NCBI RefSeq assembly: GCF_001194135.2
Contig: NC_068984.1
Location: 128,852,167 to 128,916,166 of the forward strand
DNA: 64,000 nucleotides
Reading direction: 5' to 3'
From: Octopus bimaculoides
Taxonomy: Eukaryota
The notes under the pieces are model-generated. The model ran no database searches. It was not told the origin of the DNA and saw nothing but the letters and a program-made list of their open reading frames with translations. Shown piece after piece: positions 40,215-53,187 of the stretch. Position 1 is the first letter of the stretch. Each line of letters opens with the position of its first letter. The position numbers and the translations under genes are program-made.

Positions 40215-40955
40215 GGATCTTGTTCAAAACGGGGGCACCAGTTTTCATTTATGTTTTATGTAGTGTTTTTGGTACCGAAAGACTTTCAAACTTCGTATAC
40301 TTATCTATTTTGTGTTATAGAAAAGAAAATAATTTTTGTATTCGAATTTATTTCATGTAAAAAATTGTCTTATTTCGATAATTTCAACCAATCACTGACA
40401 AATATTCAGCTGTTTACACTTACTCCTTTGGCAGTTTAAGCGGTGTAAAGCGTATTTAATCTCCATTACTTCTGACATTTTGCAGAGAGGCAACACACGT
40501 GTGTTCGTTTTCCCTAACCCTAACCCTAACCCTAACCCTANNNNNNNNNNNNNNNNNNNNNNNNNNNNNNNNNNNNNNNNNNNNNNNNNNNNNNNNNNNN
40601 NNNNNNNNNNNNNNNNNNNNNNNNNNNNNNNNNNNCCTATAATAGAAAGGTTTATTAGCTACTGCCAATATGCTTCAGCTATTTTTTGACAAGGAAATAA
40701 TTTTATCACCGCCAGAATCGTTTGAGAATCGTTTGTTTACGTAGTCACCACTTAATTTTTACGGCTGAATGGACGTCAGTCATTGGTTGAAATTACAGAA
40801 ATACGACAACTTTAACATGAAATAACTTGCGATGTACGTTTTTTTGTTAAGAAGACTAAGAGAAAAAGATGTTTTATATGACACATTCTACCAGTGTCCC
40901 AAGTTTCAAAGTGTTTCGTTAAGAAAATACTGGTGCCCCCGTTTTGAACAAGATC
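40215..40955. mobile_element. Non-autonomous DNA transposon with 26-27-bp TIRs and an 8-bp TSD (Merlin-like by its GG termini; superfamily uncertain)
   Basis: TIR GGATCTTGTTCAAAACGGGG(G)CACCAG at 40215-40241 and 40930-40955; TSD ATCATCTT at 40207-40214 and 40956-40963. Confidence 0.9.
40512..40540. repeat. (CCCTAA)n telomere-type repeat running into a 94-N gap
   Basis: About five units read directly, inside the 40215-40955 element. Confidence 0.9.
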
Positions 40956-41229
40956 CATCATCTTTACCTTCCCGGAACACAAGGAGGCCGATGTTTGATC
41001 CAATTTGAAATCTCTTACAAACCCAATTGGATTGGCCTAGTACCTTGAATTATAACTGGGCCTTACCTGCAAGATCAGGCGCTGTTTATGTTGATATGAG
41101 GTCACCATATCGCGCACATAAGGTTGTTATGCATATGTCTGGTGTACCACTATCAGACAGGTAGTCATGATAGGTATATTGGGCTTCCTGCCCCATGTCA
41201 CTTTGCTAACATGTGCTGCTCTCCCACTC

Positions 41230-41290
<61 letters not shown>

Positions 41291-41392
41291 TTTTTTAACG
41301 CAGACACAAGGCCAAAATTCTGGAGGAAAATGTTTATTTGATTACTTCTATACCAGTATTTGACTGATACTTTATTTGATCGGCTCTGTTAA

Positions 41393-41600
41393 TGTGGCAA
41401 GCTGGTAGAATCGTTAGCGAGTCGGACAAAATACTTTTAGGGATTTTTTCGGGGTCCTTACATTCTGGGTTCATATTCCGCTGAGGTCGAGTTTGGTACT
41501 TATTTTATGGACTTTGTCGATAAAATAAGAACCACTGGAACACTGGGTCAATGTAATCGATCTGTCTTCTCCGTTAAAATTGCTAGCCTCGTGCCAAAAT
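41393..41600 (+). mobile_element. SINE family A, flanked by opposite-strand family A fragments at ~41295-41370 and ~41610-41720
   Basis: tggcaagctggtagaatcgttagcgagtcggacaaaatac...ccgctgaggtcga...gtcgataaaataag...gtgccaaaattt. Confidence 0.75.
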
Positions 41601-42932
41601 TTGTAACTTTTATTTTATCGGGTCTGAAAAGATAAAAGACGTGAGCGAGATTTGAACTCGAAGAGTGAAATAAATATAGCAGAGTATTTTGACGTACGAC
41701 CTACCAGCTCTGCTCCGCACACTAAGAACAAGCAATTTATATCAGAAACAGTAAAGCCAAGCCATCGATACAGAACTATCGACGATCACTAAATCTTGTA
41801 AAAACAAGTAAATAAATATATGAAATTAAAAAGTAAAAAAAAAAGCAATGGTCGACTTTATATTGGAAATAATCTCATTTTATATCTCGGACATTCGAGA
41901 GATATATATCGAATGTGGGTGTTAGTATATTTGGTTTTTTATTCACTAAAACATGTGCACACATCCAGATATGAATATTTCAGTTGTTAGATATTAGGAA
42001 CATCACATAAACAATTCAAATCCTCGCACATTTTGTGAGAAATGGTTTGATTCCCATTGGAAATTTCTAATTCCTCACTTCACACATTTCTTCCTTGTCT
42101 ATAGATTTCCCTAGTGCATACATACACATATGCACTCAGTTATATATTACAGATATTTATGAAACCATTGGAGGCTGTTGAATATCGAGACGGTTGATGA
42201 ATATAACACCAACATCTACAGTCAGGCCTGTGTCTATATTTGTACTGTCGCCATTATGGTGAAGATTGACTTGGAGATATAGTTAGTGTGAGGACTGGAA
42301 GACAAAGGATAGTAATGCAATATACATCTAGTTATTTAAAAGTATTTATATTCTGTTGAATTAGCGATAGAATGGGCATAGAGTACAAAGAGCATGTCTA
42401 TAGGCCTGTGTTAGGATTGAGCTGGTGATTTAATATTTGCCAACAAATCGGTTGTGCTTTGTACTGCATATACAAACATCTTAGCCTGTAGTCTAGGAAG
42501 TTTATGCGCAGTATTAAATCAGCCATATCAAATTTAATTAGTACACTGTTCTGCGATGAAGCAATATTCCAAAGTAATTACCAAAACTCTTAGCAATTAA
42601 TTGAGGCTGAGAGAATCTTTGCCTTCGGTGATTCAGTTTTGGTAATGTTATATTGGTGGTATTGAGGTCACTGTGAAAGATTCTTATAGATGGTTAGAAT
42701 CTGCATTTGTAGCGGCTTCGGGTTGATCATAATTTGACATGTGCAGTGGTGAAGTTTTTGTCACATCGTTTATTTGTTGACATAATAAAATACCATAAAT
42801 CTCTCGATTACCAGTTATAGCTATCCATTTGTGCTATACGGTGCACGTTGTAACACTGACCCACTGTTAATGTTCTACTCATAAATTTGTTCCAAATTTT
42901 TCTTCAGATTTTTTTCCGAAATAAATAAATAA

Positions 42933-43004
<72 letters not shown>

Positions 43005-43393
43005 ACACATACACACACACATATATATATATATATGGAGGGGGTGCGCGAGTATTTGCGTGTATATAAAGAACTATTAAAATACTGATAGCATTATAAT
43101 TAAGACAAAGTACTCATTAACATAGTGGAAGTATTTGTTTATTCTAACGAGTATGAATAAATATCTTCACTCTATATTTTGTTTTTCAACACTGCCTGTG
43201 GTTCCACCAGTATTTTAAACGGAATCTACATACACATAGATACATGCACGTGTGCACATACACACACGCACGCATGCATGTATATATGTATGCATATACG
43301 TATGCATATATATATGTATAGTGGATGTAGCTTTCATTTATATTTTTCATGATTTCGTCAGGCAAGAAATGATGGCGCCGATGAGTTTTTTTC

Positions 43394-44505
43394 ATTTTCT
43401 GAGATTCATAGAGAGGAAAGAAGGCTATACTGAATGCTTCTACCAAAGTGAAATCGGCTTCAGTCACTTAAAGGTCAGGTTGAGGTGATAAATGAGACGA
43501 CAAGCCAAGCAACCGAAAATCTCCTTTTATACAGTTTTCGCCCACCAAGTTTACTCACATGTCACGTAATGGGATCAAACATGAAACCAGGTAGTTATGA
43601 AGTATATTTGTTAACTACTCATCTGTTCTTGTGTATATGGTTCAATTCGACTGGAACTCCTTTTTTGGTAATACTATTCNNNNNNNNNNNNNNNNNNNNN
43701 NNNNNNNNNNNNNNNNNNNNNNNNNNNNNNNNNNNNNNNNNNNNNNNNNNNNNNNNNNNNNNNNNNNNNNNNNNNNNNNNNNNNNNNNNNNNNNNNNNNN
43801 NNNNNNNNNNNNNNNNNNNNNNNNNNNNNNNNNNNNNNNNNNNNNNNNNNNNNNNNNNNNNNNNNNNNNNNNNNNNNNNNNNNNNNNNNNNNNNNNNNNN
43901 NNNNNNNNNNNNNNNNNNNNNNNNNNNNNNNNNNNNNNNNNNNNNNNNNNNNNNNNNNNNNNNNNNNNNNNNNNNNNNNNNNNNNNNNNNNNNNNNNNNN
44001 NNNNNNNNNNNNNNNNNNNNNNNNNNNNNNNNNNNNNNNNNNNNNNNNNNNNNNNNNNNNNNNNNNNNNNNNNNNNNNNNNNNNNNNNNGGTAGTGATTT
44101 CTAAAGTATGAAATTAAGTAATGGAACAATATGACAAACGATGATTACGACTAATTATCTAAGAGTGCTATTAGCAATGATCAAGACATGTAGTCTATCG
44201 GGTACAGACTTCATAAAGGATTTGTTAATCGTATAGAAAGTAATCAATACTTTATTAAATATATATCATCTATGAAATACTCTTCTCACAACCAAGACTT
44301 GTTGATGCTTCTACACATGAGCGTTGTAGATCTCGCTGAAAAGAAAACTCTCTGACTCACTCATCGACATACTACAACTTCTAACCAGAGTATGTGTTCG
44401 TTTCTACTTCTGCTACGGCAAACCCAGACCTAGCTAGTTGAATACCATCTCCATTCAAGCCTACGTTGTCATACATTTGTGTATCTTTTCCAAACTCACC
44501 ACTAG
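43394..44505 (+). repeat. Local segmental duplication, copy A (copy B at 50827-52033)
   Basis: Near-identical unique sequence in direct orientation on both sides of N-gaps, with scattered substitutions and small indels (e.g. an extra taaccattcgg near 50943 in copy B). Confidence 0.95.
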
Positions 44506-45629
44506 CCACTTGCCCACTCATTTCTCCCGGAATGCATGTCGTCTGCACGTTGAAAATCAAATCCATCATTCATATCAGATTCGGTGAGCCTGCATATATC
44601 TTAGGCACAACATCCTCCAACCTGATTAAATGAAATGCAATAAGAAATATTTTAGCCAGCATAACAGTAACAGTCATTTTCGGTCAGCTTACAGCCTATT
44701 TGAGCCCAAGTATTCAATTTTACATTCATCTAAGTAAAGAACGTTTTGTAAATGTAGTTTTGATTTAAATTTCATTTCCTCCCCCTTACTCTAGAGTTTC
44801 ATCCAAATTGACTTTATAATGGCCAGACTGTCAAATTAGCATCAAACTCGCGAGTTTGGCATCAAACTAATGTGGGATTTGACTTGTGAATGTAACATTA
44901 TTGGATTTTCATTGTATAAAAATTCATAATTTGTTTCAATAATTTATTAAACTCCCACAATATTAAATTTCTACTTGGTTATATTATTTTCTTTAAACAT
45001 TTTTATTTTACAACAAATAGTGCATCAAGTTTCATAAAGAGAGTCTACAATTAGAAGAGAATTTCACTTGTATTCATCATTTATCATTAGCGTCACAGCA
45101 AATTTAAGTTCTTCATTGATGTACGTTTGTATTTACATGAATATTATTGGCTAGTATGTTATAGAATATATAATATATTTATTAGATTCTGGAATATTTT
45201 TCGCATTGTTTTTATATATCATTTCAAAGGAAAGTATTATATTTTAGTATAAAAAAAATTATAAAAAATAAAATTTCTTGTCAACTAAAATATAACTTTC
45301 AATTTCTATCTGACGTTATGCATTAAAATGGTTTCTAAAATTTATGCTTTTTTTAATTACTATTTAGATTTCTCGAAAATAATGTCAGAATATATTTATG
45401 GTAAAAATTATTACAATAATACTTACTTTATGTCTGCAAGATTCAATATGGTAAACAACATCATTGTATTTATTCTGATATATAAAATGTGTACAGCTAT
45501 AAAATTTGAGTATGTATGTGTGTGTGTACATACGTGTGTGTTTATATATGTTTGTGTATAAATGTCTACATGTAACAATTAATCTATGTATATCTTTCTG
45601 CTTGTTGTATGTGTGTGTGCGTGCGTGTA

Positions 45630-45688
<59 letters not shown>

Positions 45689-47005
45689 GGAGACAAAAAG
45701 ACAGGTGAAAACCTATTTCAGTTTAAACGAAAATTCATTTAAATGCTGATTTAGACATCACATGCATTCGTTAAGACATAAAAGTAAGGGAAGTACAACT
45801 CATTTGTTAAAATATATCTGACAGCTAAATGACCAAGGAAATAAAATCGCTAATTAAATGAACTATATTTGCAAAAGCCTGAAAATGTATTACGCTACAA
45901 CAAAAGTAACGCGTTATACTGAAGCACTAAAAGAAGTATTCCTGCCTAGCTGTATGCTAAGCAGGAGAAAAGAGATCTTTGCTTCTTGTTTACCAACTAA
46001 AAAGTTCAAGTTAGAAACTTATGTAAATTTCTGTTGGGGATGTAATCCAAAACTAAACCAGCTAAATACATCTGCTCTCTTACTCGAAATAGACTTCAGA
46101 ATTCTTGACATTCATGTCATAGCATAGCTCAATATTCACATTATACCCCTTCCTGTGCCCCTCAAATTTTCTTATTCTCTTCTATATTTTACCCAACTCC
46201 CTATTGTTTTTCTCCCTTGTTTCTGCTCCCCTCTCCCCTTCTACACTCTTCCTTTTATGTCATCACTTTTTATTCTTTCTTTCTTTCTTTCTTTCTTACT
46301 TTCTTTCTTTCTTTCTTTCTTCTGCAGTCCTGATCCAGTTCATTCGTTCCCCCTTCCTTGTCTTATTCTTTCCAATAAAGTCTTACTTGGACTCCGTAAA
46401 CGATGACTGAATTGTTCTGATTGCGTAAACGTTGCAATGGTTCTACCAACTAGATTTTATCTCACCTTACTATAAACTGTCTCACAAACCGAGCTTATCT
46501 CGCTTTGCTATAGGATGCTGCGACAAGTGATACAGGGACATTCAAAGTCTTCTGAGAACATTAGACGCTACAGCTTTTTAACTGGATCAACAGAAGAAGT
46601 TGAGCCACACGATGTTGCAATTCAGATGGATTCAACATTCAATATTATTCTTTTGAATTTATACCATTTGCTCTAAACATTCTTTTCATCTACTTTTCAC
46701 TGTTTATGACTATTATTGACCAAATACGGTTTGAAAACCATCAAGATATTAGTACCCTTAACATCAGTTTAAAATAATCTTATATATTCTAGTAGATTAC
46801 CTTTGTACCTACTATACGATTACATTAATCGTAGCGGTCCATTCATTACGCACACCTATCATTCAAAACGTTAGGTTCAGTCTACAAAGCTAATCGCATA
46901 CTACTGAGTATCTGAACAAAGACAGCTTTTACTGCTGAAACTTTTGCTTGTACTTTTATTCTTTGTTTCTTCCTTTTTTGTTGTTGTATCTTGTGTTCTA
47001 TCCAG

Positions 47006-47101
47006 ATTCCAGGAGGGATGCAGTGCTCTATGCTACGGAAGCTACAAACGGTCTATAAATGTGAGAGAAATTTTGAGTATGACAGCCACGAACCTTTATA
47101 G
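47006..47101 (+). CDS. Candidate 96-nt symmetric (phase 2-2) exon
   Basis: Long polypyrimidine tract ending tgttctatccAG, donor AG|GTAATT, and only one open frame: (R)FQEGCSALCYGSYKRSINVREILSMTATNLY(R/S). No family recognised. Confidence 0.45.
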   Translation: MPGGMQCSMLRKLQTVYKCERNFEYDSHEPL

Positions 47102-47766
47102 GTAATTTCTATCACGCAAAACATGATGAAATTAACCCTAATTCATGAGCCAGAAATGAATTTGTGAACTTTCGGTGTACAAGAACTCTACTTCATGTGT
47201 GAACTACTACTTCACTGTTTCTGTTATTTTCTTATAAAGCTTCCATTGTGTATTAGTTTTTGATGCAAAATTTTAGTGGCAATATTTTGCTCCTGGCTAC
47301 ATTTTCGGATGTAGTTTATATTTCTCGAGCCCTCAAGAGCAATTCCCCTTGTTTAATCGTTTTCATGTCTCTAACACTTATGACAATTCGAAATTAAAAC
47401 GGGTTTTCTACTGTCTTACCTTAATTTTTATTACATTAATTTTTATTTCGAATTATATTCCAACTGCTTAAATTATAAAGTTAAAGTAAACTGCAAGTAA
47501 CGGTCAGAGATGGTGATTGCGAACAAAAATTATATACGTATGTGTATGCATGCGTACGTACGTACGTACACACGTACCTACCTACTTACCTACCTACCTA
47601 TCTACCTACCTACATACATACATACATACATACATACATACATACAAACACACACATACACACATACATATATACGTACATACCCGTTTTTCATTCAAGC
47701 ATTAATACTGTCGGGAGTGTCGTTGTGACATATGTCGTCTTAAGCATTTCAAACTTGGCATTAATG

Positions 47767-47834
<68 letters not shown>

Positions 47835-47850
47835 GAGGAGGAGGAGGAGG

Positions 47851-47886
<36 letters not shown>

Positions 47887-48622
47887 AACTATACATAAAT
47901 TATGCCTGCCATGCTACATGTGTTTATAGCGTACATAAATACCAGTTTTATTTATTTATCTTTTTCTTTTTTGTTCCTGGTATTAATTTTGGTCTGATAT
48001 ATAAGTAAGAATGGAATAGTTGTTTTAACGATGATTAGAAAAAATTATACAAAAGGTTAGAAAGTTAACACAACGCTACACAATGCTGTAATTTCTTTTT
48101 ACAAACAATACAAACTTTGTAAAAACTCAAAAGACAAAGGAACGTTTGTGTTTTTGAGACAGAATACACAATTGTTTCAAATATTGCAAATATATAGAAA
48201 TGGCATAGAATATCGTAAATACTTGGTCTTGCACATTGAACAAGCTGATAAAAGCTGAACATAACAACTAACACGGCTAAACCCTTGAAATATTAATTAC
48301 TCGTAGAAAGTTAAACAACAGCAAATTGTTCTGCCAGTAGCTGTTGACAACTTCATCCGTTCTAAGATAGAAGACATAATTATCCAAGTCGAACTTGAAG
48401 TAATTATGTCCACCATACGCTAATTATAAAACACTAATAGTCTGGCCCGGTATTTAGTGAAGAGTACAAGTGGTTTTTAGTCCCGTTTTAATGCTTAAGT
48501 AATAAAAAAAAAATTCAGTCTCATGAATAATGTCAAATAGAAAATGTAAAGAAAAATAATTATGTTGAACATCACTTATAAGTGAATGTGTTTGATATTA
48601 TGTGTACCTTTACGTGTATGAG

Positions 48623-48698
<76 letters not shown>

Positions 48699-49543
48699 TA
48701 TGCATGTATGAATGTATGAGTGTGTGACTGTGATTGTGGGTGATGTGTGTTGGCGTATATGTAATTAAACACCTACGTATGCTTCAGTTTTAATTTGCTT
48801 AATTGTCATTTTCCCATATTCTCTCCTCAAGAAATTTCTATTATCAACGGAATATTAATTAGAACTCAACAAAATTAATATTCTGAACATTTGACACTAA
48901 AGTCGTTGGTATAGTATTTAAAATTACGTTGCTGATCGCATTAAGGAGACCAAAGTAATTCTTGGTTTATCGAATAGAGCAGTGAACGTTTCTACCATCA
49001 ACTTCGGTTGTACTCATTATTAATAAATACTGAAGTGATTAAGTTGTTGAAATGTTAATACCTTTCAAAAGACGTATTGTTATTGAACGAGGAAATTATA
49101 TTTAGAATCAGAAAGCGGAGCCAACGTCAGGTAATCCCACCATCTTGTTATGAACAGACAATAAAGCAGGAATTCTTTTTGGTTTTATTTTTACTGCTTA
49201 CACAGGAGAAGGAAAACGAGGAGTAAGAAGAGGATGAAAGAAAGAAGGGGAGGAGGAGAAGGAGCAGTGGGAGTAGGATGGGTGATTGAAGGGGAGGAGG
49301 AGAAGGAAATTGTCCCCAATAACTTCTGCAGGCTCCTCTACGGCGATGGCGTAATTGATTCCGTTCATGTTCAGTTCGAACATCTATAAATTGACATCGC
49401 AACGGAGATCTGAACTTTGTCGATACACAGAAAATAGAATATCATAAGTGATTTCACACAAGTTCATTAAGGTCACTGAACAGGATATTATATTGGCAGA
49501 ACAAAGTATGTACGTACTGTGTGTGCTTGGATATAAGTATGAA

Positions 49544-49621
<78 letters not shown>

Positions 49622-49949
49622 NNNNNNNNNNNNNNNNNNNNNNNNNNNNNNNNNNNNNNNNNNNNNNNNNNNNNNNNNNNNNNNNNNNNNNNNNNNNNNN
49701 NNNNNNNNNNNNNNNNNNNNNNNNNNNNNNNNNNNNNNNNNNNNNNNNNNNNNNNNNNNNNNNNNNNNNNNNNNNNNNNNNNNNNNNNNNNNNNNNNNNN
49801 NNNNNNNNNNNNNNNNNNNNNNNNNNNNNNNNNNNNNNNNNNNNNNNNNNNNNNNNNNNNNNNNNNNNNNNNNNNNNNNNNNNNNNNNNNNNNNNNNNNN
49901 NNNNNNNNNNNNNNNNNNNNNNNNNNNNNNNNNNNNNNNNNNNNNNNNN

Positions 49950-49982
<33 letters not shown>

Positions 49983-50109
49983 CATATGCATACATGCGTG
50001 AGGGAAATCTTTTAGGGAATCGGTAGTGGTTATAATGAAACGATATTAAGATATTAATTAAAGAATCAGGTTTCAATGTATTGCAATTATAATTGTTTCT
50101 AAAGAAAGC

Positions 50110-50310
50110 ACAACATCTGAAATTTGGAGGAATTAGGTGAGGGAATAAGTCGATTATATATACTGCCATTGCGTGACTGGTATTTTATTTAATCGCACAT
50201 GAATGGATAAAAGGTTAAAGTGAACTCAACGCTACTTCTATCTCAGAAAGGAAGGTTTTGTAACTATATAACGCAAGTAATTTTGTCCGACGCTCTAAAG
50301 ATTCTGCCGA
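50110..50310 (-). mobile_element. SINE family A (diverged)
   Basis: aagtcgattata...gactggtattttattt...gtccgacgctctaaagattctgcc. Confidence 0.7.
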
Positions 50311-50504
50311 ATTAGAATTAATGAGGCAAATAATACGTACTAAAATATAGGAACACGAAAATTATAAGGAGCCACAGTACCATACTAACTCTTTCCCCAC
50401 AACTAAAATTTACCCAAAATATTCCATTTTCGAATAATGGCCATGCTTCTAACGTCAGGACTGACTAACCCTTTAACGCATTTTAATTCAAGACTGTCAC
50501 TTAA

Positions 50505-52581
50505 CCCTTCGTGGGCCGGCGGGGTTGGAATTGCACAAAAGGCCACTGGGGTGCATGATTCACAAGAAATTTAGAATCCCATAGGTATATATATTTGTAA
50601 TTATTAGCATTTAATGGAAGGGAATTAAAACATGAATTTATTGACTGAAAAAAAAAACCTTTATTGAAAAAAAAAGCATTTTTAAATAGTTTTATATACT
50701 ATACATATAGCATTAAATATAAAATAAAACAAAATTATTTAGTATATCGATTCATACCACTACAAATACGAAGAAAATTGATTTATAGTTCATCAGAATA
50801 TCTGAAAAAAGAACAGAAACAAAATAATTTTCTGAGATTCATAGAGAGGAAAGAAGCCTATGCTGAATGCTTCTACCAAAGTGAAATCGGCTTCAGTCAC
50901 TTAAAGGTCAGGTTGAAGTGATAAATGAGACGACAAGCCAAGCTAACCATTCGGCAACCGAAAATCTCCTTTTATACAGTTTTCGCCCACCAATTTCACT
51001 CACATGTCACGTAATGGGATCAAACATGAAACCAGGTAGTTATGAACTATATTTATTAACTACTCATCTGTTCTTGTGTATATGGTTCAATTCGACTGGA
51101 ACTCCTTTTTAGGTAATGCTATTCAGTGGCTCACTCTTTCTAATTACTAAGAGAGTTAGTGAGGAGAAAGGAAACGACAACTTTCATTAACTTAGAAGTG
51201 GAAAGCTCTATCAACCGTTCTGTAGTNNNNNNNNNNNNNNNNNNNNNNNNNNNNNNNNNNNNNNNNNNNNNNNNNNNNNNNNNNNNNNNNNNNNNNNNNN
51301 NNNNNNNNNNNNNNNNNNNNNNNNNNNNNNNNNNNNNNNNNNNNNNNNNNNNNNNNNNNNNNNNNNNNNNNNNNNNNNNNNNNNNNNNNNNNNNNNNNNN
51401 NNNNNNNNNNNNNNNNNNNNNNNNNNNNNNNNNNNNNNNNNNNNNNNNNNNNNNNNNNNNNNNNNNNNNNNNNNNNNNNNNNNNNNNNNNNNNNNNNNNN
51501 NNNNNNNNNNNNNNNNNNNNNNNNNNNNNNNNNNNNNNNNNNNNNNNNNNNNNNNNNNNNNNNNNNNNNNNNNNNNNNNNNNNNNNNNNNNNNNNNNNNN
51601 NNNNNNNNNNNNNNNNNNNNNNNNNNNNNNNNNNNNNNNNNNNNNNNNNNACAATATGACAAACGATGATTACGACTAATTATCTAAGAGTGCTATTAGC
51701 AATGATCAAGACCTGTAGTCTATCGGGTACAGACTTCATAAAGGATTTGTTAATCGTATAGAAAGTAATCAATACTTTATTAAATATATATCATCTGTTA
51801 TGAAATACTCTTCTCACAACCAAGACTTGTTGCTTCTTCTACACATGAGCGTTGTAGATCTCGCTGAAAAGAAAGCTCTCTGACTCACTCATCGACATAC
51901 TACAACTTCTAACCAGAGTATGTGTTCGTTTCTACTTCTGCTACGGCAAACCCAGACCTAGCTAGTTGCATACCATCTCCATTCAAGCCTACGTTGTCAT
52001 ACATTTGTGTATCTTCTCCAGACTCACCACTAGAATTAATGAGGCAAATAATACGTACTAAAATATAGCAACACGAAAATTATAAGGAGCCACTGTACCA
52101 TACTAACTCTTTCCCCACAACTAAAATTTACCCAAAATATTCCATTTTCGAATAATGGCCACGCTTCTAACGTCAGGACTGACTAACCCTTTAACGCATT
52201 TTAATTCAAGACATTTTTAAATAGTTTTATATACTATACATATAGCATTAAATATAAAATAAAACAAAATTATTTAGTATATCGATTCATACCACTACAA
52301 ATACGAAGAAAATTGATTTATAGTTCATCAGAATATCTGAAAAAAGAACAGAAACAAAATAATTTCACAGAAGGCCAATGGGTTCCAGTTGGACCTCAAT
52401 GACCATATTTTATGCTATAAAATCCATGACTGGATATTTTAAACTCAAAATTTGTATGTGCATACATAAACTATAGACAGTAAAGTCATGAGATATAAAA
52501 TCATTTAGATAAAAGATGTAAAAGTTGTGTAACTTTAAAAATTTACTGGGATCCCAAGGGACCCTGCCGGTCCACGAAAGG
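50505..52581. mobile_element. piggyBac-like non-autonomous element with a rearranged interior
   Basis: TTAA (50501-50504) + CCCTTCGTGGGCCGGCGGGGT at the left end; the right end reverse complement is CCTTTCGTGGACCGGCAGGGT followed by TTAA (52582-52585). That is 18/21 TIR identity with TTAA on both sides. Confidence 0.8.
50827..52033 (+). repeat. Local segmental duplication, copy B (of 43394-44505)
   Basis: Direct sequence comparison with copy A. Confidence 0.95.
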
Positions 52582-52699
52582 TTAATATAGTTATATATCT
52601 CGACCGTCTACTACATGGAATTCTAACTCCTTGAAGGTAGGACAATATTTGAAATACAAAATAAATCATTCTTTCTGCTCTAGGCTCAATATTGGGTAA

Positions 52700-52872
52700 A
52701 CTGGGGAATAATCAATTACATTAATCTTGGTGCTCAAAAGGTAGTTATTTCATCGACCCAAGAAAGAAAGGTATAATCGACCTTGGCAGTATTGAACTCA
52801 GAACGTAACGACCTCGAAGATATGTCACTAAGCATTTGGTCCGACGTGCTAACTATTCTGCTACCTCGCCGG
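52700..52872 (-). mobile_element. SINE family A (diverged)
   Basis: tttcatcgacccaag...cgaccttggcagtattgaactcagaacgtaacgac...ctaagcatttggtccgacgtgctaac...ctcgccg. Confidence 0.75.
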
Positions 52873-53051
52873 CCGGTGATGCAGGATAACCATTTCTACT
52901 ATAGATACGGTGAGAGTGCATAAAATCTGTCTCGCTTTACGTTGTTTCGCTTTACGTTGTTTCACTTGAAGTTGTACTTCCCAAAAACTCATCTCCCCAA
53001 GATTGCCTTTGCAGATACGTAAGCGCGATCTGAACTTATCTGGAGATACAG

Positions 53052-53104
<53 letters not shown>

Positions 53105-53127
53105 AGGCAGCAACAGCAGCAACGTCA

Positions 53128-53186
<59 letters not shown>

Positions 53187-53187
53187 A
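53052..53187. repeat. Compound (CAG/CAA)n-(CTA)n-(CTG)n trinucleotide array
   Basis: Read directly. Confidence 0.95.

Larger units (their letters stand above)
39882..41290 (+). mobile_element. R4/Dong-like non-LTR retrotransposon fragment (post-RT region and 3' end with (AAT)n tail), interrupted by an inserted element
   Basis: QEQTYKYLGINEG...CYRRVRAVLKSELNAH-KVLVINS..VPAVIYSFNMLKW...KIHKLLTCNKMYHLKSDVDHL|YLPGTQGGRCLIQ matches R4-clade YKYLG..RRVR.ILKS.LN..AIN..AVPV..YS...HPKADV.RLYLPR.EGGRGL. It ends in (AAT)n at 41230-41290. Confidence 0.8.

Noticed and set aside
40512-40640. True telomere or chromosome-fusion scar
   Set aside because: The array is short and lies inside a TSD-flanked transposon, with no head-to-head TTAGGG/CCCTAA junction visible.
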